A stretch of 62,172 nt of DNA, the filler included, from Bipalium vagum (lineage: Eukaryota), in the NCBI GenBank assembly GCA_037834085.1. It is 3 parts of 3 records of this genome, joined end to end, with 100 filler letters (N's around TTAATTAATTAA, not from the genome) between each part and the next. Parts side by side here need not be neighbours in the genome. Positions count along the whole stretch, not along the records: positions 1 to 19,499 come from JBBMKC010001726.1; positions 19,600 to 39,801 come from JBBMKC010258222.1; 1 more part is not named here. One strand, written 5' to 3'. Position numbers and translations under genes: made by a program. Under the pieces are notes generated by a model. It made no database searches. It was not told the DNA's origin and worked only from the letters and a program-made list of their open reading frames with translations. Position 1 is the stretch's first letter, and each line of letters begins with the position of its first letter. Shown in pieces: positions 13,344 through 24,400 of the stretch.

Positions 13344-13420
13344 GCAGTCGGAGCAGTCCATGCGCATGTGAAAGGTCCCCGGTTCGAATCCCAGTATCTC
13401 CGATTATTTTTCAACTAACA
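13344..13420 (+). mobile_element. 5'-truncated tRNA-Ala-derived SINE-like element or tRNA pseudogene (copy 1)
   Basis: B box GGTTCGAATCC, anticodon-arm-like catgcgcatgtg, 3' atctcc, and tail gattatttttcaactaaca shared with the copy at 23.4 kb. Confidence 0.75.
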
Positions 13421-14306
13421 AGGACGTTTCTATGAAAATGAATTACAGAAAACTCAATTTTAAATAATTTTATATTTTGTCTTCCTATATTAATTTATAT
13501 ATTTTATAAAAATATGGATTAATATTTATATTAAATAGCATCATAAATGCTATTGTTTAAATAAGATAATACTAATTCGTACATTATATAATATAGGAAT
13601 TAAAGAATAATTGGCTATAATATAGTAAAATTAAGTCTTCCAAAAATAATTAATTATAAAATATCCTAAAAACTAAAATTTGAGTAAATAATAATAGTAA
13701 TGATAATTAGGATTAGGGTTAAAAAATCTTAACTATATAATAATAATCCATATAATATAAAAATCTACAACAATAATAATAATTCGGCTTATCCTCTTTC
13801 AGAGAAGATATAGAAATTTCTATTATAAAACGGGGAAAATACTTTTGTGTTGTGTAGACTCCCTCATCAATCAATCCAATCAAATCAACAATCTCAACTC
13901 TCTCATCAATCAATACAATCAACCGAACAATATCAGCGACGGATGATTCCAAGTTGTTAACAGCTCCTCCGAGAGCAGTGCAAGCACAATCAAGTTCAAA
14001 AAAGAAACAGTAACTGTAACAATCATCTTTGTGACCCTATTCAATAATTATGATTATCTAGACAATAATCCTCTTTAATATTTGTTTTGTGTGAACTATT
14101 CTTTGATATTTTTGTGTAAATTATTCTTGGATATTTATTGAGAAAAACTTTTGTAAAAAATATATAAATAATAAAAATATTTTAATTTCTATTTTTATTG
14201 ATGTATTTATGTAAATCGTTCTTGAAAGATAAAAAAAAAATAATATATTAATATAAATTAATAATAAATAATATAATTAATTAAATATAATATATAAATA
14301 TATAAA

Positions 14307-14620
14307 TTAAATCAGCTTGTAACGTGTATTCCTAGGTCGACGAACATATCTTATGTAATTTTTGAATTGACAAAATTGACTCTCATCTGAAAACAGTACC
14401 TTTCGCCACATTTCATCTGTCCAATGTTTATATTTGCAACAAAATGCTATGCGATCCTTGATGTTATTCTGAGACAAAAGTGGCTTTTTTGTTGGTTTGT
14501 ATGCTTTGAGCCCGAATTGAGTGTGGAGGTGACACTGGACAGTACGAGTCGATAGGGAACTAGGTAATTCTTCTGCAATTTCCTTTGTGGACCACATTGA
14601 ATGAATAAATGAAATTCGAT
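14307..14620 (-). mobile_element. Tc1-like transposase fragment
   Basis: LSTRTVQCHL..FGLKAYKPTKKPLLS..IKDRIAFC.KYKHWT..WRKVLFSDESQF..YVRRP. Confidence 0.9.
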
Positions 14621-15969
14621 GTATCAATCTGTCTGTACGTATTTGAAAAGAATAGATGAATTTTTAAATGGAAATAAAATAGACAAGGAAATTATTTGGA
14701 GAAATGAGAGGGTTTCTATTATAATAAAGACAGGGAAGGTTAGTAATATAAAAGGAAAGAAGAATCACAATAATTTTAACAAAAAAGGCACAGCAAACAG
14801 AATTTATCTAAAAAATCACTATACGTTCACGCATCATAAAGTTAATAATAACTACAGCTTTCTGAGTAGTGTCAGAAATAAGAAGCAACCAACCTACAGT
14901 GATATCTCAAGCATAAAAGATAGTCAATAGTAAATACAGCCTACAGAGTAGCCACAGAAAACTGAAACAGACATCCTACAGTGATATCTCAAGCATCAAA
15001 AGTTAATCTTAACAATAGTCTGCAGAGTAGAAGCGATTCAAGATCACCAAGACCACCCACGATATCAATCTAAACACCAGTACAGTCAAAATTATATATA
15101 AAGTGCTACGAAAGAGATTAAAACTGCAAGCAAAGAAAAATATTTTACAGTATTCGTCAATTATTTGGCCTTTGTCTTTTAAAAAGTAAATTTTTACTTA
15201 ATTTGTTGCACTCTGTGTAACAAAGTTTTTAATTTATACCTTTATTATATTAATTTAAACATTAATTATAGTAGTTGGTAACTTGTTTCACTAGTGGTAA
15301 CAAAGTTTAGCTCCTTATAAATCGATTTTAAAATAAAAAGATAATTATAATATTATTTAATAATAGCGTATTATCGATTTGAAAATAATTAGCAATTCAA
15401 TTTCTAGTTTTTCATATTTTACTTGATATACCTAGACAAAACACAGTTTGTCATCAATCACTAAATAAATACTCAGACCAGGACCTGAGGATTATATAAT
15501 TTTCTTGTTCCTATTTCCTACAACTTTTTTCTTTTTCTGTTATTATTTCACACCCTAAGTAGGGCGGTGAAATAAATTTTTTTTCTTCACTGAGGACCTC
15601 TGAGCATAAGAACGAGAGAATTTTTCATAATAATAAAAAATAATAAATAATGTTAAATAATTAATGTTAATGTTAATAATAAATAATAATAAAAAATGTT
15701 CAAAATTTATATTAAAAAAAGGGAAGAGAAATTTGATACTTTGATGAACAAAAACCAACTGCTCCTAGTTATCCAAACTTAAGAGATAATACATTTTTTT
15801 ACGCAGATGAAGAACAATCTTTTAATCCTTTAATTGATCAACTTGAAAAATTAAAAATTTATGAATAAAAATAAATTTTAGAAAGTTTATTATCCTACTA
15901 TAAAAAATTAAAATTAAAATATATAAATATTATAAAAATAGATTCTCATTAAAATTATGAAGTAATTGT

Positions 15970-17310
15970 ATGACCGAAAATCGGATATACTACCACTTCT
16001 TTCATTTCTCCTGTCACTTTTTTCATGATTTCCTGGAACGTATTCAATGCCGCTGCAATCCCAGAAGGCATCCGGGTAAAACAAATTTGTCCGTTTTTCG
16101 TGGAGAAAGCTGTCTTTTCTTTCGATTTTATATTGAACTAACCCTGGTATAACTCATTTCCCAGGTTTATAGAACTGAAATATTTAGCGCCTCCCAACTG
16201 ATCAAATAGTTCATCTACATTAGGCATGAGGAATGCCAGTCTCTCCGTAATTGCGATTAACTGCTTGAAATCCAAGCAGAATATGACCTTTTTCTTATCC
16301 TTCTCCATACACAAATCAACGGTATGTTCCAAGATGAATGGCATTTCTTAATTATGTCATTCTCATGCAAATTCTGAATAACTTTGTTGATTTTCCAAAT
16401 TCAATGGCTGTCGAAAAGGTTTGATATTAATTGGTTTACCTTCGGTTAAAATATGATGTTTCTTTAGATGAGTGCAGTCAATGTCCTATTTATCGGACAT
16501 AAGTGCATTTCAAACTCATGTATAATTTTCCCTAACGCTGAATCTTCCTTGCCCCCAATGTCTTCAGTGCTCTTTATTTTCTCTTCCCTACCTTTATCGT
16601 CCTATCAGATCTTACTTCAATCCCACTCTCAGTCATAATCCTCTTCATGATGTAATAATTATCTGCTCTGACTTTAGTAGAAAAAAAACTGAATTGTTTT
16701 TGTAACTCAATAACTCAGATGATATCTGGTGTCATCTATTTCATCACAATAAATTTGATCTTGCTCGTCTGTTGTTCATCTGCGCTGCAATCTCGATCTT
16801 GACTACCATCTCTAGTCCAGCATCATTTGTGCATCTCAAAATTGTCTACATCTCGCTAATCCCGTTCCTCTCAGCTATCTTGCAATCTTCCCGCTTCTCA
16901 CGCTGATTCATGCCCCTTTGTCTAATAAACAATCAAACGTCTATCTCTGCAACTTTATTATAACGCTTGGCCTTCCCTGCATCTTTTTATAGTCTATTAT
17001 ATTGTTCTACCTCTCACTAGTTTTTCAAACTCTTTCCTATCAAAACTCTCCTTCTTTAGAAAACGATATACTTTTCCTGTCAACTCCTCCATTTCCTTTT
17101 CTCGGCCTCCTGGGATGTCTTACTCAAAGTGTTTAATTGATGACTTCCACTATATCTTAATCTAGCGGAGCCCTGGAATTTTGGTAACTGTTATTTTTAT
17201 CCTCTTCTATTGGATCACCTGTCTCTATTCTATTTATCCTGGACATCCGTGATTTTTCTATTTCTACTCTTTCTTCTCTAAATCTCCTGCTCACCTTATG
17301 ACCCTTCCTG
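15970..17310 (-). mobile_element. Ty3/gypsy gag-protease-RT remnant
   Basis: Minus strand: FDCLLDKGA (protease LDTGA-like), HHILTEGKPINIKPFRQP, and KKKVIFCLDFKQL.AITER.AF.MPNVDELFDQLGGAKYFSSINL (RT N-terminal motifs). Many stops and frameshifts. Confidence 0.88.
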
Positions 17311-17419
17311 TAAAAAAAGTAATGTCATAAATTAAATCAACATAAAAAACAAGTAAAATTTCCAAAGTTTTATTTATAGATATAATAATTATAATGTTTC
17401 ATCAATGCTTTTTTTTAAT

Positions 17420-17645
17420 GTTTTATCTTTCCAAGTGTCCAACAATATGAATTTTGTTAAAATACGTTCTCCTTATCAGTACTAATGTCCTTACTATATT
17501 TTAGTCTCAATCTTATTTTTTTGTGAAATTTTTCTACATGCTGCTTATTTATGCCTAATTTAACACATATGACTTCATCGGTATATGTTATTGAACCAGA
17601 ACAAATGGAACGATCAATAATAGGCAGTATTATTGATTTGTGCAA
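17420..17645 (-). mobile_element. Merlin/IS1016 (ISXO2-like) transposase fragment, internally deleted
   Basis: IILPIIDRSICSGSITYTDE followed by GINKQHVEKFHKKIR resembles Merlin TLLPII...PGS.I.TDEW and TGVHTQ.IES.W. Confidence 0.55.
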
Positions 17646-19499
17646 ACAACTTTCTCATTATCTTCATTGTAGATATCTTTTTCCATTTCAAGTTTTCTAA
17701 ATAGAATTCTGGTCTGCTGTATAAATCAACACTATTAACCATTAATTTCACTTTAAAACAGTCCGAAACGTAAATAATCTATATAGTTTAAAAATCAATA
17801 AATTCGTTCAAACAATATTAAAAAAAATATTAAAATTATTAATTAAAGTAATTCTTAAAAACTATTTTTACCATCTTTAACTATACCTTATATTTTTAGT
17901 TTTTTGAATGAGTCGATATTAATTTATTAAATCATAATTAGTTAGTCAATAGTAATTGTTGTTAATATTGATATTTTTAATTAAAATAAACCTTTTTAAA
18001 AGAGAAAAATTAATAATTAAAATTTTCAATAAATCAATTTAATACCATTTTTATTGGATCTTATTTTGAGTACTTTATCAGACTTTTTTTTATCCTTAAG
18101 GTGTTTCTCAGATTTATTAGATTTTTAATTATTTATGTTTCATTATTTTTTATTTAACAAGTACTGATATTCTTTATTCGTATCATATTTTATTAGGTTT
18201 ATTGAAAAGTTATATTTACCACTACGAAAATAATAAAATAATATTTAATTTTTAGAATAATATGAATTTTTAATTACCGTGACCTCTAAATAATATCTTT
18301 CACTTTTAATGAACTTTTCATTATTATTTTTAAATATTTTATAATTTTAGTTAAATTTAAACATTTTTTGTTATAAGTTATTTTTGTATTTTAGATGGGA
18401 AAACTTCTTATTTTTACTTTAATTATATTAATCCAATTAATAATTTCCCAAAACTCAATTAGTCTAAATATTAAATCTAAGTCAAAAACTTCTCAAAGTT
18501 ATAAATTTTGTTAGTGAATATCATTAAAGGTTTAAAATTTTAGACGTGTTATTCAAGAGTGGTTTTTTCCAATTTGTTAACAATGGAAACCAAAATAAAA
18601 ATATGGATGAAGAAGATGAAGTAATTTCAAGATATTTAATATTTTTAGGTTTTCTTTTTTCTTTATTTATCAATATTGTTTATTTAAAAATTAGAAACCT
18701 TCCGACTTATGATAAGTATTAAACATATTAATTTTTTGACAGATTCTCATTAGCAGAAATTAAACAATCAAAATGATCGAAACCTATTAAATGCTGTGAC
18801 AAACTTAATCAGTCCTTGAACATTTTATAAAAGAGCTTTCCTTTACTTTTCTTATTAAACTTGTTTCTATATGTTCTATATTTTCGCAACAAAATTTTTT
18901 GTTATTATGAGACAATTATTAATCGATATTTAATAATCTCGTCTATTCAAATATGCAGACTCATTCCACCCAGAAAGTAATCTTTATTAACAGTTTGGTT
19001 GTGATAGATATGATAAACTAAGCCATTTTAATCGAAAATTAAATTGAAGAGTTTTTACCTCAATTTTTCGTAAAAGATGATCAACTTTCAGACATGTGTC
19101 GATGAAGATATTTTTAAAACTATTCTGGCACAAATTTCCTGGTAACTATAAGATAAACTGCAAGGCAATGTCAAGTATCTCATACAGTGGTTGAAAATTA
19201 CAACAAGACTAGGATATATTTAGAAATTCTATAGATTAATTCCTCGAAATCTTGCTGATCAAAATTGTCTTTTATATGTCTGTTCTGTTCTTTTTGCTAG
19301 ACATGAACATGAACCTTTTTTTATTTGCTGATAATTTTTGGTGGGAAATATTATGTAAAGAGGTACGTAAGTTATTTTATTGTTTACCTGATAAAGTGCC
19401 ACGTTTATTGCAATACTAATACTATACAATACCCGCGGAAAGTTTAGGAACACCTATAGAAAACAATAAAATACTAAAAATAATCATTTTTATGCGATC

Positions 19500-19599
19500 N
19501 NNNNNNNNNNNNNNNNNNNNNNNNNNNNNNNNNNNNNNNNNNNTTAATTAATTAANNNNNNNNNNNNNNNNNNNNNNNNNNNNNNNNNNNNNNNNNNNN
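19500..19599. other. Artificial assembly linker (N44-TTAATTAATTAA-N44)
   Basis: Exactly 100 nt; the central 12-mer has stops in all six frames; identical to the linker at 39802. Confidence 0.97.
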
Positions 19600-19835
19600 T
19601 AAAAATTACTTACTTTTAATGAGCGCGCTAGTTTGATTATTATAACAAATATATAATTATCAAATTTTAAATTAATAAGAATTGAAATATTTTGATTATT
19701 AGATTCAATGCAAAAATACGAAGACTTTTTACTCAACCCAATAAATTATTGTTTTTTATCAAAATATTATTTAATTATTATTATTCTACGTACTAACCAA
19801 TAAACTCAGAATCCTACGAATTGTCAAACTTTATA

Positions 19836-20916
19836 CAGGGTGTTTCATAAGCATGTATATGCGTTTAGAGGAAAAATAATCAACTATTAGATAACCAAGA
19901 AAGTCCGTGCGCATTTTGCATATGCATAGAATAACGATATATGACTATATAAAGAATTTTTAATAAAATTATGTTTCATAAAGATGTTTGGCATAGGAAT
20001 AGGAACGCACTTACTATTGGCTGACAGTAAGTACGTTCCTATTGGATAAGTATTTATAGATTTCAGATTTTACATTTAGAATTATTTTAGTATTATTTTA
20101 GATTTCAGATTTCAGATTTCTTTGAACATTTTTTTACAATTGGATTTATGATTTATGATTTTAATTTTTATTGTATAAATAATACTTAATTACCTAAACC
20201 AATAGGAAGTGCGTTCCGACAACAAAAAAGAACCAGATGTTTTATATTGCATAATTTCAGATTTTGTTTAAATCTATCAATTTCTATATATCTGTGACCG
20301 CTTTTTAAAATTAAGAAATATCGATTGATTTTAAGATAATCAGGTCATGTATATTGGTGTAAGAGTACAAATTTGGATGTAATTCTTTAGATGCATGCCG
20401 TAGGATATGCCAAGCCTTTTGAGATGATACCTTGAAACGAAGAACAGCACAGAACGGTTTGTAAAATTCAGCAAAGGTGATGATTTTAATTAAAATTTCG
20501 TTATAGTTGAATTACAGTTTTATTATTTTACTTGTAATATATTGATGTTAAATGCGCACGAACTTTCTTGTTAGCTGCGATATCTAAAAAAATCAGTTAA
20601 TTTTTAATCCTTATTTTCCATTCTAAATAAATTAATTTTTTTTGCCATTAAATATCAAAATTTAGTTCAATAAAAATTATTTTAAAATAAATATTAAAAT
20701 TAAATTAACAATTAATTAAAAATTAGAAATCACTTTAAATACTCAGCTACCTAATAATTTTCGATCGAGTTTATTTTCTTTTTCAAGACATTTATAAAAT
20801 ATTTATATTTTTCAAATGATTTATATACAATAATATATAAAAATAATTCATGTTCATTGAAAAATTGTTTAATTATTATTTGTTTAAACACGTATACATA
20901 TTTATGAAACGCCCTA
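19836..20916. mobile_element. Non-autonomous Tc1/mariner-type TIR element (MITE-like) with internal inverted repeats
   Basis: Left ta|cagggtgtttcataagcatgtatatgcgtttaga pairs with right tttaaacacgtatacatatttatgaaacgcccta|ta. Inner pair aagaaagtccgtgcgcattt (~19897) and aaatgcgcacgaactttctt (~20550). No transposase ORF. Confidence 0.8.
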
Positions 20917-21426
20917 TACAATTACAATATTACTTAAAGTCACAAATTAATTTGATACTTATTTTTCAAGAAAAAATACTTCTTAATATATATCTTAACC
21001 ACTAAATGATTAATCAAGTTAAAGGATTTTTTATAAAATAAATAAATCGAAGATAGACTTTCAATTATTTATCATCAGCTCATCCCAGGACTTATTTTTA
21101 TTATTTTCCAAGAAATAATACATTGCATTATTTGTAACAATAATATATTGATTTAGTAAAGTTGGTGATTTTTAATTAATCATCTAAAAATATTTTATAA
21201 AACTCATCTCTGTTTCCTCAATAAGAATTTTATTTGTTTACTTACATCATAATAATCATCGCTATGACGCAAAATAATGGATAAACAAAATGAAATATAT
21301 ATTCCATTTTATCGAATAATATGTATTAATTATAAATAGAAATTAACTCTAAGAGAAATAATTTGTCTGTCTGGTGATAAAAAGGACCTAAATTTCCTCC
21401 ATCTTATGTACAAACGTCATGCAACT

Positions 21427-24400
21427 TTATTTCTGTAATTAGTATGCTTGAACATGAATAGTGAATATTATGCCAAACCTTAAAAAATTCTTTTTCTTTT
21501 TGACGGTTTTGCTGATCATGATTATCAATATTTTGTTGTAAAAATTGTAGAAGTTTCTACAAAACCGATAAATTTCGGTATTGTTTCAGTTTACGTTCGT
21601 AAATTCATAATTTTAAATTTAAATTCAAATGTTTATTATAGCAACTATTACACAATTATTATGCATCAAAAATGTCAATAATTATTGATTATTAATCATA
21701 ATTAGGGCGACCAAAAATATGCATTTATGCCGTTAAAAAATTAGAACCCAAAACAACACATTATAGTTATATTATTATTAAGAATTTACGACAAACTGCT
21801 TTCGTCAGCTTCTTCTTGAAACTCATCAAAGTTATTAAAATATAAAAACATATGCTGCAATGTTTGAAGTGCTAAAATTTCTATCTTTTGCAAAAAGTTT
21901 TCTAAGCATAGAAAAGCTTCGTTCAACACTGGTAGATATTGGTGGAAATGGGAATATTGTGAACTGATCTCATATAGATCTTTTGTTAAAGATAGCTTTT
22001 GAATAGCTGCACATGCTCTTGTGAAAATTATACCCTCAGTCAAGCATTCTTCGAACACTATTCTTTTTAGTTCAATTAAATTTTTAGAATAATATTCACA
22101 TGCATCTAACCACACTCCCCATCTAGTTGGAATAACAGCAGATGGTTGCCCTATTTGAGCAAATTTACTACTGATAGTTTTGTTTTTAATCGCCAATGCT
22201 TTCACTCCGCATACTAGTTCATAAATCTCAGTGTAATATGATTTTATCCCCATAGTTGCATTATGTATCAAATGAGTAATATAAGTTACATTAAAAAGAT
22301 GTCTATATGATTCTTTTAATATAGAAGCAGCTTTAACCATACATGTAGCTGCGTCGGATAATTAATCGAGCCTTCCGATATAATCGTTTCATATAAATAA
22401 TGTCCAATGCATTTTCCAATAAGCCAATAATTACAGTACAAAATTTAATACCTTTTACTTCAGCTTCGTCTATAATTAAAAATATTTTCTTTTGGGTAAT
22501 TTAAATTTTAAACATATTTTCCTAGACCGATAAATATCAATAATATGCAATCTAACTGAAGATTCGGATGGACTTGATTGCCTCAAAAACATAAATAAAT
22601 CTATAATTGCGAGATGTTTCAATTTTTAAAGGAATATCGGCAGCTAGAAACGATTCAGCAATTTCATGGATAGAGATGATGTAGGAAAATTTTGGACTTT
22701 TTTGGAATTTTTATATCTTGTGCCAATTTTAAATGTTTTGACGTATTTAAATGTTGCACTACTGATGATTTTTTATCATAGAAAATATACGAAACACATA
22801 TTTGACTTCTCTTAATTTGCTATCAAATGATTATTTTGAAATTTGTTTAATATAAATTTGAGTCTTTTTGTACTTTGTTTTGATATCCTAACCATTTTAT
22901 TTTGGATAAAAATAATTTTAAATATTTATCAGTGCTAAGTTAATGATAGACATTAAATAATAAATGATAAATAATTTAATAACAAAACTGAAAAAAACTA
23001 AATATTTTAAATAATTTTACATTGAAAGTTGTAAATTAATTAAAAAATCAAAAATGCATTTATAAATGCATTTTGGTAAATTTGGGAGTAATATGTCTTT
23101 ATATGCAAGTATGCATTTTTAAGCAAATTGGTGACACTAATCATAATTAATGAATAGTTAAATTCCTTTGATTTGTTTTCTTTGATAAAGTTTCGTCAAA
23201 CAAATCTATGCAAATAAGAATGACAAAGATCAGTAATAATTCCAAATTTTTGTGCTCACATCGTATTCACATATTTTCCACTGATTATGATTTCGCTTAT
23301 CATTCAGATCCACAAAATTGTGTTGATATGTTGTGAATGTATACACTTGTGAGTGTACACACCACCTTGAATTAATGGAATTTCATCGTAACCATGTAGC
23401 TCAGTGGTCAGAGCAGTGCATGCGCATGTGAAGGTCCCGGGATCGAATCCCGATATCTCCGATTAATTTTCAACTAACAGTATCATCAGTAGTTGCTATA
23501 TTACATTTTTTCATTTAAAATGTTGTCTTCTGTCATAGAATCACTTATAGGTGCAACTAAAACAATTTCTCTAAACATGACTAAGTGAGAAAACAAACGA
23601 ATTAAAAGTAATAAAATTTAATAAAAATTTGGATTTAAATTAAACTGGAACATTACCCAAACTTCTTCAAAAATTATGTAGTCCAACAAAATACGCAAGT
23701 TATTAATTTTTTTGAAAAAATGAAGTAAATTTCGAAATAGGCGACCGAAATTACCTGAAAATAATATTGAATATGAATATATGTTCTAAGGTGAAATCTA
23801 CTGCAATCAACTCTGCTTTATAAATTGAAGATTTTTACAAATTTTTACATTTCTACCATATGTTGCCAAGATATCAAAGGAAAAAATTAAGCAGCTTAAA
23901 TGGGAAATTCTTGTACACCAGCCGTACAACACTGATTTTGCACCTTCTAATTTTATATTACTTTTAGATCGACATAACATTACTTAGCGGGCAAAAGATT
24001 TAGTAAATTTGAAGATTCTAAAAAGTCCATGGATTAGTTTTCAACATTAAAACTCCAGAGATTTTTTTTATTAGAAATAGAAAATCTTTTTTGTAAATGG
24101 ACACTACCATTGAAAATGATAGACTGTTTTAATAAATTTTTTTTCATTATCTGCTTTCTTAATTCAAGTGTTAGTTAAAGACGACAAAACTTTTGAAACG
24201 TCCTTATATTTAAAAATTTTCAGATTGGTGTCAAGATGTTCCTGGATATTTAAAAATCATTATGAATTCATTATTTCTTAATACTTTATATAATCTTAAA
24301 GTTCAAATATATAAATAATATCTTCTATCGTCATAAACACTAATTACAGTAAAAATTTTTTAATTTAATCATTTATTTAACTAAGTTAGCTCGGGTCGAA

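Noticed and set aside
19544-19555. TTAATTAATTAA palindrome as a biological site (piggyBac TTAA or PacI)
   Set aside because: Embedded symmetrically in N runs and repeated identically; an assembly linker.
23391-23462. Functional tRNA-Ala gene
   Set aside because: The acceptor stem cannot pair at the 5' end, and the anticodon and T arms are degenerate; better explained as a SINE or pseudogene.
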